Origin: Deltaproteobacteria bacterium
GTDB lineage: Bacteria; Desulfobacterota; Binatia; UBA1149; CAYXZP01
Length of the DNA stretch: 64,000 bases
Assembly: GCA_046583365.1 (NCBI GenBank)
Contig: JAYGCL010000074.1
Span: forward strand, 670 to 64,669
Reading direction: 5' to 3'
Positions 1 to 8,306 of the stretch are shown here, piece by piece (position 1 is the stretch's first letter; the number at the start of each line of letters is the position of its first letter). A program made the translations under genes and the position numbers. The notes beneath the pieces are model-generated. The model had not been told where the DNA came from and did no database searches. It worked only from the letters and a program-made list of their open reading frames with translations.

Positions 1-892
1 CGCCATCGACTTCGTCGCGGCAGCGCTGGCCCGAATCGTTGGCCAGCAGGCAGGCCATCCTGGCTTTGAACTCACGTATGAGCATCATCGAAGAACGCCG
101 CGCTATGTTGTTCTGGCAGGTTACGTAGCGTTTGGTCTCCAAGGCTTGGCAGGTTGAATCCACGGGCTGGCACAGGCCGACTCCCGCATTGATACAGACT
201 GAATCCGATGTGCAGTCGATGGCCTCGTCATCGGAGCAGGTACGGCAGTTCTGGCTGCTCGAGCAGGACCTGTTTGTGTCGCCGCCGCAGTACTTATTTT
301 CAAAAAGTGCTGCCCGGTCCAGGTCCGGATAGGTAGCATCGAAGAGGTCGGCAATGGTGTCCTCGGTTTTGAGTACCACGCAGGCTTCGAAGTCGAAGAA
401 GGTATATCCGGCCACCGCATCGGTGGCCGGCGGGCAGGCCGATGGGGGGAATCCGAGGTCCGCGGGTGCGATGCCCAGACAGCCTTTGAGCAGGGCGTCC
501 CTGAACTTCGTGCGCCTGCGGCTGCTGAGTTTGTTTACCTTGTCGAGGAGGGCCTGGTACTTGGCCTCATCGACATCGAGAATGCGGTCGGCGGCCTCTG
601 GCATCTGAGACTCGCGGCATACGGTCTCACGGTTGGCGGGGTCGCCCAGCTTGAGCATTTTGTGGTAACAGACCTGTCCCCCCTTGAGGATGCGCGTGGT
701 GTAACGAAGCGCTGCTTTGTTGGCGACTTTGCTGCACCGTGACAGGGAGACTGCCGCCTGGGCCTGGCCGGCCGTGGTGGCCGTGACCACGACGGTCGCC
801 AGGCCCACGGTCACCATCACCGCCGCTACGCGGGACCAGGAGCGCCACGAGGGAAAAAGACTGGCCGGTCTGTCAGTGCTGGAAAAACGCAT
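1..892 (-). CDS. Secreted cysteine-rich repeat protein, N-terminal 297 aa only (gene runs off the window start); paralog of the 25138..28083 product
   Basis: Manual translation from minus-strand ATG at 892 is open to position 2 with no stop; it is absent from the ORF track only because it is edge-truncated. It has an N-terminal signal peptide (MRFSSTDRPASLFPSWRSWSRVAAVMVTVGLATVVVTATTAGQAQA) followed by a Lys-rich module CSKVANKAALRYTTRILKGGQVCYHKM that matches the CAGKVAKGAAKVSNTVIKETMKC module of the large protein. Cys-rich segments follow (CGGDTNRSCSSQNCRTCSDDEAIDCTSDSVCINAGVGLCQP). Confidence 0.55.
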   Translation of the reverse strand, partial: MRFSSTDRPASLFPSWRSWSRVAAVMVTVGLATVVVTATTAGQAQAAVSLSRCSKVANKAALRYTTRILKGGQVCYHKMLKLGDPANRETVCRESQMPEAADRILDVDEAKYQALLDKVNKLSSRRRTKFRDALLKGCLGIAPADLGFPPSACPPATDAVAGYTFFDFEACVVLKTEDTIADLFDATYPDLDRAALFENKYCGGDTNRSCSSSQNCRTCSDDEAIDCTSDSVCINAGVGLCQPVDSTCQALETKRYVTCQNNIARRSSMMLIREFKARMACLLANDSGQRCRDEVDG

Positions 893-1102
893 GGAGTAAC
901 TTCGGCTTGCACTATAGCAAGATGCTACGGCACAACCGACCCTAGACGTTAGCCGGGATTGTTGAGTGACGTCAAGGGGTTAAGCAGTGACAAACCGGCC
1001 CCACAGGCCCGTGTCAGGGTGTTTCGGGCCTTGTCGGGGGTGGTGGTTTAATATCCCCCGGTATACGGTCTGGTCGGCTGGGCCGGGCGTGGGCAGGCAA
1101 CA

Positions 1103-1118
1103 CCCCCCTGTGGGGGGG
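1103..1118. promoter_or_regulatory. C6-TGT-G7 perfect hairpin / G-rich element in the divergent intergenic region upstream of apbC
   Basis: CCCCCCTGTGGGGGGG read directly, about 65 nt upstream of the proposed apbC GTG start. Confidence 0.25.
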
Positions 1119-1183
1119 CAATCAGCGCATTGCGCATAGCCATTGAGGGCTGGAGGGGACCAGTGGGTCCAGGATTTGTTCAA

Positions 1184-2272
1184 GTGACGGCAGACGAGAT
1201 CAAAGAACGGTTAAAGGCCGTCAAGTACCCGGGGTTCAGCCGCGATATCGTTTCTTTCGGTATCATCAAGGAAGTAAGCCTCGACGAGAAGGCCCTGCAG
1301 GTCAGGTTGTCGGTTGTGACCGAGGACGAAGAGGTCCGCCAGCAGATAGTCGCCGGCATCGAAGCGGTACTGGATTCCATCACCGGCCTGCCGACCGTGG
1401 ATATAATAGTCGAGCGTCCACAGACCCCTGCCAGCGGGCACTCAGCCCCACGGACTGCCGGGACCGGAGGGGGCCATGGGGCGGGGACAATCCCCGGCAT
1501 TTCCCGGATCCTGGCCGTGGCCAGCGCCAAGGGCGGGGTGGGCAAGTCTACCGTGGCGGCCAACCTTGCCGTGTCCCTGGTCGGGCTCGGGTTTTCAACC
1601 GGCCTGCTGGATGCGGACATATACGGCCCCAGTATTCCCACCATGTTCGGCGTCGACCCCCAGGAGAGGTTGGGGCAAAGCGAGGACGGCAAACTTCTGC
1701 CCATCGAGCGTCATGGGGTTAAACTCGTATCGATGGGCTTTTTTGTCCCCCCCGGGTCGGCACTTATCTGGCGCGGGCCGATGCTTACCAAAGCCCTGAC
1801 CCAATTTATCGGCGACGTCAGGTGGGGGGAACTCGACTATCTTATCCTCGACCTTCCGCCGGGAACCGGTGACGTGCAGATGACCCTTACCCAGAGACTG
1901 GCGATGGACGGGGGCGTGATTGTTACCACACCGCAGGATGTGGCCCTTGCCGATGTCGAACGTGGCATAAGGATGTTCAAACAGGCCAAGGCTCCGGTGG
2001 CCGGGGTGATAGAGAACATGAGTTTTTATGTTTGCCCGTGCTGCGGAGAACGGACCCACTTGTTTGGTGAAGGTGGTGGTGCGCGCGTGGCCGAACGTTA
2101 CGACGTACCGTTTTTAGGGGGGATTCCATTGTTGCGGGCGGTGAGGGAGGGGGGCGATGCCGGTTGTCCGGTGGCCCGTTCAGAACCCGACGGTGAGGTG
2201 GGACTGGCCTTCCTGGATCTTGCCCGTAAGCTGGCCACGGCGATGCCTGCACGTGAGGTGGGCCATGCCTGA
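1184..2272 (+). CDS. apbC: Mrp/ApbC-family Fe-S cluster carrier ATPase with N-terminal DUF59/MIP18 domain
   Basis: P-loop AVASAKGGVGKST, CPCCG motif (YVCPCCGERTH), and N-terminal DUF59-like VKYPGFSRDIVSFGIIKEV. ORF-track start is 1130; in-frame GTG at 1184 (AGGA 9 nt upstream) gives the typical N-terminus MTADEIKERL. Confidence 0.85.
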   Translation: MTADEIKERLKAVKYPGFSRDIVSFGIIKEVSLDEKALQVRLSVVTEDEEVRQQIVAGIEAVLDSITGLPTVDIIVERPQTPASGHSAPRTAGTGGGHGAGTIPGISRILAVASAKGGVGKSTVAANLAVSLVGLGFSTGLLDADIYGPSIPTMFGVDPQERLGQSEDGKLLPIERHGVKLVSMGFFVPPGSALIWRGPMLTKALTQFIGDVRWGELDYLILDLPPGTGDVQMTLTQRLAMDGGVIVTTPQDVALADVERGIRMFKQAKAPVAGVIENMSFYVCPCCGERTHLFGEGGGARVAERYDVPFLGGIPLLRAVREGGDAGCPVARSEPDGEVGLAFLDLARKLATAMPAREVGHA

Positions 2273-3389
2273 AGCACGGCCACAGGCTCCGGGTGTATCG
2301 CGGCAGGCTCCGATAGAGGGTGTGGCCCGTATTCTTGCCGTAAGCAGTGCCAAGGGTGGGGTTGGCAAGTCCACCGTTGCCGTGAACCTGGCCCTGGCTC
2401 TGCGCGACCTTGGTCTGAAGGTGGGGCTTGCCGATATGGACATCTACGGCCCCAGTGCGCCTATGATGTTGGGGATCAGTGGTCAGCCCCGTCCCGGCCA
2501 GGGAGAGCTCATTCCTCCGTTGTCGGCCCACGGCATAAAGGTTATCTCGATGGGGCTTTTCCTCGACGACGATGCGCCGGTTATCTGGCGTGGTCCCATG
2601 GCTATGAGTGCTACCAAGCAGTTTCTACGCGGTGTCGAGTGGGGAGAACTGGACGTACTGGTAATCGACCTGCCTCCCGGCACCGGTGATATCGTTCTGA
2701 CCCTGGCCCAGGAAGTGCCCATCGACGGTACGGTTATAGTGACCACACCTCAAGACGTTGCCCTGGCCGACGTGCGTCGTGGGATTGCCATGCTGGCCAA
2801 GGTCAACGCTCCGGTGTTGGGTATGGTTCAGAATATGGCCGGCTATGTCTGTAGCAACTGTGGCACCCGCGATGATATCTTCGGCGAGCGACCGGCGGCA
2901 CTGAACGCCTCCGAGTTGGGAGTTCCGTTGCTTGCCGAACTGCCCCTTGTCCCGGACCTGGTCGACAGTGGGGATGCGGGAACGCCGTTGGTCGTCAGCA
3001 ATCCCGGCCACGCCGTCAGCCGTATCATGGCCGAACTGGCGGTCGCGGTATGTGAAGGCATGGACAAGGGAGAAGGCGCCAGCCGGGGGCCCGAACCCGC
3101 CGACATAGAGCACAACGAGGAACGCTCGGTATTGCGCATACGCTGGAGCGACGGGGTAACGACCGAGTACACGTTGGCCGGTCTCAGGGGCTGGTGTCCC
3201 TGTGCATCATGTCAGGGGCACGGCAGCGAGCGCAACTTTGTAAGCGAGGGGACCTCGCGGCTGTCTTCTTTTGAAGGCGTGGGCCGTTATGCTCTGAGGC
3301 TTCTATGGGACGACGGCCACTCCACCGGGATGTACGCTTATTCCTACCTTCGCGAGATTGCCGAGTTCCCGGAGTGCCGTCCTTCTTAG
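2265..3389 (+). CDS. Mrp/ApbC-like P-loop ATPase paralog with C-terminal DUF971 domain
   Basis: ILAVSSAKGGVGKST P-loop and CSNCG motif. C-terminal WCPCASCQGHGSERNF...LLWDDGHSTGMYAYSYLREIAEF is DUF971-like. ATG at 2265 (GAGGTG RBS) overlaps the upstream stop as ATGCCTGA; the ORF-track start 2157 would overlap apbC by 116 nt. Confidence 0.85.
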   Translation: MPEARPQAPGVSRQAPIEGVARILAVSSAKGGVGKSTVAVNLALALRDLGLKVGLADMDIYGPSAPMMLGISGQPRPGQGELIPPLSAHGIKVISMGLFLDDDAPVIWRGPMAMSATKQFLRGVEWGELDVLVIDLPPGTGDIVLTLAQEVPIDGTVIVTTPQDVALADVRRGIAMLAKVNAPVLGMVQNMAGYVCSNCGTRDDIFGERPAALNASELGVPLLAELPLVPDLVDSGDAGTPLVVSNPGHAVSRIMAELAVAVCEGMDKGEGASRGPEPADIEHNEERSVLRIRWSDGVTTEYTLAGLRGWCPCASCQGHGSERNFVSEGTSRLSSFEGVGRYALRLLWDDGHSTGMYAYSYLREIAEFPECRPS

Positions 3390-3404
3390 ACCGTTTGGCG
3401 GCCG

Positions 3405-4259
3405 TTAATCTTTGGTCTCCCACCAGGGGTAGAAGTCGGGCATATCCGACCACGGGCTCATCGAGAATCTGGCCGGACGTTTTTCCAGGAAGCTGCTGAC
3501 TCCTTCGTAGGCGTCGGCCTGCCCCCCGGCCCACTGCATGCAACGGGAGTCTATCATGTGGGCGTCGTAGGGGTTCGACAAACCGAGGCCATGCCAGAGC
3601 AGGGCTTTGGACAGGGCCACCGACACGGCCGAGGTGTTATCGGCAATTTCACGGGCCAGCAGCGTAGCCTTTGGCAATACCTGGTCCTGGGGCAGCACGT
3701 AGCTGAACAGGTGTGAGTCCTTTTCCTCTGCGGCTTTGAACACCCGTCCGCTGTAGCACAGCTCCGCGGCCTTGGAGATGCCGACTATGCGGGGCAGAAA
3801 CCAGGACGAACAGGCCTCGGGTACAATCCCCCGGCGAGAGAAGACAAACCCTATCTTGGCGTCTTCGGCCACGATACGGATGTCGGCGGCCAGGGTCATG
3901 GTGATACCCACACCCACGGCGGCGCCGTTTATAGCGGCGATAACCGGTTTACGGCAACCGAATATGGCAAGTGCCACGCGTCCACCGCCGTCGCGCAACG
4001 GTTCTGACTTGCCCTTTGCGCCACGTTTGGCGTAGTCGAAGGTCTCGCCTGCTGCCGACAGGTCGGCGCCGGCGCAAAACGCCCTGCCGGCTCCGGTCAG
4101 TATAACCGCGCGCACCCCGTCATCACGGTCCACGGCCTCGAAGATGCCGGTCAGTTCGAATACCATCCTTGCCGTAAAGGCATTGAGGCGGTCGGGGCGG
4201 TTGAGTGTAACGGTGGCAATACCGTTGTTGACGGAATAAGTGGTGTCTTTTAAATCCAT
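3405..4259 (-). CDS. Enoyl-CoA hydratase/isomerase (crotonase) family protein
   Basis: VTLNRPDRLNAF...GAGRAFCAGADL crotonase signature. Start trimmed to MDLKDTTYSV (codon 51 of the ORF). Confidence 0.85.
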   Translation of the reverse strand: MDLKDTTYSVNNGIATVTLNRPDRLNAFTARMVFELTGIFEAVDRDDGVRAVILTGAGRAFCAGADLSAAGETFDYAKRGAKGKSEPLRDGGGRVALAIFGCRKPVIAAINGAAVGVGITMTLAADIRIVAEDAKIGFVFSRRGIVPEACSSWFLPRIVGISKAAELCYSGRVFKAAEEKDSHLFSYVLPQDQVLPKATLLAREIADNTSAVSVALSKALLWHGLGLSNPYDAHMIDSRCMQWAGGQADAYEGVSSFLEKRPARFSMSPWSDMPDFYPWWETKD

Positions 4260-4332
4260 GACCCATGTCTTACACGGTGTCAGCACTGTAGGAAGCGTGG
4301 GCATGGTGGTAGACTCGGGAGTGGGACGGATT

Positions 4333-5070
4333 ATGGAGACAAGCAACCAACGTGTAGAAATTGCGGTCGGGGCCGACAGCATGGGCGGATACCTCGCACG
4401 CCCGGCCAATGACGACGGTTATCCCGGCGTCCTCCTGTTTATGGAAGTGTTCGGTATTAACCGGCATATCCGCGCGGTCGTCGACCGGGTGGCCGCCGAA
4501 GGTTACGTCGTGCTGGCCCCCGACGTGTTTCACCGCAGCGGTCCGGGGGTGGAACTCGAATACGATGCAGACGGTTTGTCCCGTGGCGTAGACATGATGG
4601 GACAGGTCGGGGCCGGCGAGTTGATCGCCGACATGAAAGCGGCGGTGGAGTTCCTCGAGACGCGTGAGGACGTCAGTGGCAAGGGTGTAGGGGTAATGGG
4701 CTTTTGTTTTGGCGGCCACGCGGCCTATCTGGCGGCTTGCGAATTGCCCGTAAAGGCCGCTGTAAGCTTTTACGGGGGTGGTGTGGCAACCGCGGCCCCG
4801 GGCAACGAAGGGCTACCCACGGTAGAGCGTAGTGGATCTATAACCGGCAGCATCCTCTGTTTGTTCGGGGAAAATGACACCTACATTCCGGCCGATAACG
4901 TCGCCACGGTACGCGAGGCCTTGGCCAACGCCGACGTAGACCACGAGGTGGTGGTCTACGATGGTGTCGGTCACGGTTTCTTCTGCGACGAACGTCCCGA
5001 TTACGACAAAGACTCGGCCGATGATGCGTGGGCGAGATTAACGACACTGTTTGCGGACAAGCTTGCCTGA
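4333..5070 (+). CDS. Dienelactone hydrolase family protein
   Basis: GVLLFMEVFGIN...MGFCFGG nucleophile elbow...HGF. Start at METSNQRVEI (ORF codon 32), divergent from the crotonase gene. Confidence 0.8.
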   Translation: METSNQRVEIAVGADSMGGYLARPANDDGYPGVLLFMEVFGINRHIRAVVDRVAAEGYVVLAPDVFHRSGPGVELEYDADGLSRGVDMMGQVGAGELIADMKAAVEFLETREDVSGKGVGVMGFCFGGHAAYLAACELPVKAAVSFYGGGVATAAPGNEGLPTVERSGSITGSILCLFGENDTYIPADNVATVREALANADVDHEVVVYDGVGHGFFCDERPDYDKDSADDAWARLTTLFADKLA

Positions 5071-5087
5071 CGGCCGGGCTGGGTGTT

Positions 5088-5429
5088 GTGGGGATAGCAA
5101 TCAAACCTGCTCTGGCGTCAGGCCTGCTGCTGGCCCTGGTGCTTGTGGCCGGGGCGGGGCGGGTCGAGGCGCAACTGTACCGCCCCGGGGCGCTTCCAGG
5201 CCAGGACCACCTCGAAGCCTTGCCCCACGCCCGTACCAGTACCTGTCCCCAGGGCCTTGAAACCCTGCCGTCCCCGGTTCCCGGCGGTGGTGAGTTAATC
5301 GACCTCAAAGGGCGCTTTCGCAGCATAGTGGTGGCACACAGACGCGCCGACGGTAGCCTGGCGCTTTCCTGCACGACCGCCGGATCCGATGATGACGGAC
5401 CGGCCGGGGCGGAGCGGACAGACCGATGA
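5088..5429 (+). CDS. Candidate small secreted protein (about 114 aa) translationally coupled to the downstream metalloprotease
   Basis: In-frame GTG at 5088 gives MGIAIKPALASGLLLALVLVAGAGRVEA|QL, a Sec-type signal peptide. The stop TGA overlaps the ATG of the 5426 gene (ATGA). GC3 is high as in real genes here; there is no homology support. Confidence 0.3.
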   Translation: MGIAIKPALASGLLLALVLVAGAGRVEAQLYRPGALPGQDHLEALPHARTSTCPQGLETLPSPVPGGGELIDLKGRFRSIVVAHRRADGSLALSCTTAGSDDDGPAGAERTDR

Positions 5430-6613
5430 GGGCACGTGGGGGCGGCAGGTATGCGTTGGTCGGGGCCTTTGTCCTTACGGCCCTGGCGACTCTCAGTTCC
5501 CCGGCCTGGGCGGCTACGATTACCATTCTGAATCTGGACTCCAGCGGCGAGGGTTTAAACGACCCCTCGACTCGCGACACAGTGGGGGGCAATACCGGCA
5601 CCACGCTGGGCGAGCAGCGCCTGCTGGTCATTGAAGAGGCGGCCAAACGTTGGGGAGCCAGGCTCTCCAGCGACGTGGAAATAACCATCGGCGTCGATTT
5701 CAGCCCGCTTGAGTGTAGTGCCCTGCAGGCCGTGCTCGGCAGTGCCGGTCCCGAGGTTACCGCATCCAACTTTTCCGGTGCCCCAAGGGCCGACACTATC
5801 TATTCCGTGGCCTTGGCCAACAGTCTGGCCGGCCTCGACCTCTGCCCTGAGTCCTCCTGTCCCACCTACTGGGACATAGGCGCTACTTTTAATTCGAGCC
5901 TCGACGACAACGAGGACTGTCTCGCTTGGACGAGTTGGTACTATGGCTTTGACGGCAATGATTCAGGGGGCGGCAACGTCCATTTTGACGTTGACCTTCT
6001 GAGCGTGGCCTTGCACGAATTCGGCCACGGTTTGGGTTTTCTCTCCTATGTGAACCTGGCAGACGGCAGCAAGCTGGCGGGGCTTGACGATGCCTACATG
6101 GTGCTTCTTGAGGACCACTCCAGCGGCCTAACCTTTCCCGACATGAGTGACAGCGAACGCTTGGTGGCCATGACCGACACCGGCGACCTGCACTGGACCG
6201 GTTTGGCCGTGCGCTCGGAGGCCGATTCTCTGAGTGCCGGTCTTGACCCGTCCGAGCATGTGGAGATGTACGCGCCGTATCCATCCGAGCCGGGGTCGTC
6301 GGTTTCTCATTTCAGTACCACCCTTGCACCCGACCAGTTGATGGAACCGGTGGCCACCGACCAGCACGGCCTCGACATGACGGCGGCTCTGCTCGGGGAT
6401 ACCGGCTGGACGACGGTCGAGTGCGGAGACTACGACGGCAGTGGCAGCATTCTGGCCGCCGATGCCCTGTCGGTCTTAAAAGGCGCGGTAGGTCTGATCG
6501 AGTGTGTAATCTCGGTCTGCGATGCCAGCGCTGACGGTTCTCTGACGGCCGCCGATGCCCTGCTCGTACTCAAGGCAGCGGTGGGTCTTACCGGCGACCT
6601 CGACTGCGGTTAG
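5426..6613 (+). CDS. Secreted zinc metalloprotease (HEFGH motif) with two C-terminal dockerin-type repeats
   Basis: Signal peptide MRARGGGRYALVGAFVLTALATLSSPAWA. HExxH zinc site VALHEFGHGLGF. Tandem repeats DYDGSGSILAADALSVLKGAVGL and CDASADGSLTAADALLVLKAAVGL match the dockerin Ca-binding loop plus helix pattern. Confidence 0.75.
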   Translation: MRARGGGRYALVGAFVLTALATLSSPAWAATITILNLDSSGEGLNDPSTRDTVGGNTGTTLGEQRLLVIEEAAKRWGARLSSDVEITIGVDFSPLECSALQAVLGSAGPEVTASNFSGAPRADTIYSVALANSLAGLDLCPESSCPTYWDIGATFNSSLDDNEDCLAWTSWYYGFDGNDSGGGNVHFDVDLLSVALHEFGHGLGFLSYVNLADGSKLAGLDDAYMVLLEDHSSGLTFPDMSDSERLVAMTDTGDLHWTGLAVRSEADSLSAGLDPSEHVEMYAPYPSEPGSSVSHFSTTLAPDQLMEPVATDQHGLDMTAALLGDTGWTTVECGDYDGSGSILAADALSVLKGAVGLIECVISVCDASADGSLTAADALLVLKAAVGLTGDLDCG

Positions 6614-7951
6614 TCAGGAACCTGGTTCTGGGCTTATGTCCTCGAGTTCCCGCCTGCGCGTCTCCGGCAGAGTCAGGATGGGGGCAACCCCGATCACACA
6701 AAAAAGCGACAGTATGACGGCGGCAGCACCCATGCCGCCCAGGCCGGCTGCTGCCAGCGAGTGCAACCACAGGCCACCGGCCCAGCCCAGGGTTTGCGTG
6801 AAGGCCAGCCAGCCTGCCGCCGTGCCCCGGTAGGAAGTGGGAAACAGTTCGGTGGCCAGGGCTTTGAGGACGACATCGCAGGCGGTGAAGCTGAAGACTA
6901 TCATTGCCCAGGCCAGGGGCAGGGTGGTGCTGCCCCCGCTGTAGAACAACCAGGCGGATATGGGGAAAGTCAGGAGGAAGAGGGTCCCCACCCTGCGCCG
7001 TCCCCAGCTGTCGCCGAGACGGCCGGCCACTACGTTGCCGACTATTCCAAAGGCACCTGCTGTTATTACCATCAACGAGTAATGGCCAGGACTCCAGCCG
7101 TGTACGTTGAGCAGGTAGTAGCCGCTGAACTGGAAGGCCGAAGCGGCGCCCAGGGCCGACATCAGAGCGGTGAGCGTCAGTCCCAGGGTGCGGGCCGGGT
7201 AGGCCGAGAACAGCCACAGCAGGGGACGGCCCCAGGAGGCAAAGGCCGAGGGTGCCGGGTCCGAACCGCTTTTGGCAAGCACCTCGTTGCGCCGTTGGTG
7301 GAAACGGGATGTTTCGGTAACCCCGCCCCGCAGCCGCCCGAGCAGAGCCAGGGGAAGAAGACCTATGAAATAGAGTGATCGCCAGCCGTAAGGCAGGTAT
7401 TCGATGGCTGCAAACAGGCCGGCACCGAGTCCGTGTCCGCACGCGGCCAGGGCGCCCATGATGCCGATGGCCCAGCCCCGGTGTTGGGCGGGAAACTCCT
7501 CGGTGATGATGGCCACACTGGTGGCCGCGGCCGCGATCATGAACATGCGGCACACCATCTGGATGAGGATAAACTGGGTCGCGTCCATGGCGAAAGCGCT
7601 GAGGCAAGTGCACACGCTGAACCCCACAATGCTGGCGAGAAAAATCCGACGCCGCCCCAGCCAGTCGGCCAGTGGCACGATGAGTATCGCGGGAAGGGCT
7701 CCGAGCCGGATCAGTCCGGTATAGAACCCCAGGCGTCCTTCTTCCATGGCCAGGTCTTCGGCAATGAACTTCAGTGCCGAGGTGAGCATGGAGACGTCGT
7801 AGCCTTCGAAGAACAGGGCCAGTGAGACGAAACCCAGCAGGGAAAGAAGGCGTGGCTCCAGTGCTGGTACTGCGCCCAGGAAAAAGGGAATCCACCAGGG
7901 GCGCTTGCGCCGAGGGCCGTTAGGGGATGCTGACGATGATGTATCCGTCAC
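6614..7951 (-). CDS. MFS transporter
   Basis: About 12 predicted TM helices and an MFS motif region (GRLGDSWGRRRVGTLF, LADWLGRRRIFLASIVGF). Convergent and abutting the metalloprotease stop. Confidence 0.8.
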   Translation of the reverse strand: MTDTSSSASPNGPRRKRPWWIPFFLGAVPALEPRLLSLLGFVSLALFFEGYDVSMLTSALKFIAEDLAMEEGRLGFYTGLIRLGALPAILIVPLADWLGRRRIFLASIVGFSVCTCLSAFAMDATQFILIQMVCRMFMIAAAATSVAIITEEFPAQHRGWAIGIMGALAACGHGLGAGLFAAIEYLPYGWRSLYFIGLLPLALLGRLRGGVTETSRFHQRRNEVLAKSGSDPAPSAFASWGRPLLWLFSAYPARTLGLTLTALMSALGAASAFQFSGYYLLNVHGWSPGHYSLMVITAGAFGIVGNVVAGRLGDSWGRRRVGTLFLLTFPISAWLFYSGGSTTLPLAWAMIVFSFTACDVVLKALATELFPTSYRGTAAGWLAFTQTLGWAGGLWLHSLAAAGLGGMGAAAVILSLFCVIGVAPILTLPETRRRELEDISPEPGS

Positions 7952-8252
7952 TGATGCTTACCGGCAGCGAGTGCAGTTTTTTGCCGGCCGGAGGGCCGTC
8001 GACACAATGACCGCTGTCGATCTGGTAAAGCGCCCCGTGGGTGGCACACTGAATGTAACAGCCGTCGCGGGACAGGAAACGGTTGTCCACCCAGTCCATG
8101 GTCATGGGAATGTGGCGGCATTCGTTGATATACGCGAACAGACGGCCCTTGTGGCGGATTACAAAACCTTGCTTGTCGTCCCCGCTGGAGTCCTTAAAGG
8201 AGAACTTGGCGGTCCCGCCTTCGCCCAATTCCGTATCGGCGGCTACCTTCAT
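7920..8252 (-). CDS. Rieske [2Fe-2S] domain protein
   Basis: CRHIPMTMDW...CATHGALY (CxH...CxxH Rieske ligands). Its 3' end overlaps the annotated MFS start by 32 nt, so the MFS start may be internal. Confidence 0.75.
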   Translation of the reverse strand: MKVAADTELGEGGTAKFSFKDSSGDDKQGFVIRHKGRLFAYINECRHIPMTMDWVDNRFLSRDGCYIQCATHGALYQIDSGHCVDGPPAGKKLHSLPVSISDGYIIVSIP

Positions 8253-8306
8253 AGGCTGAAACTAGCAGCGCGCCTGCTGCGTTACTAATTCTGCTAGAAT
8301 CGGTTC

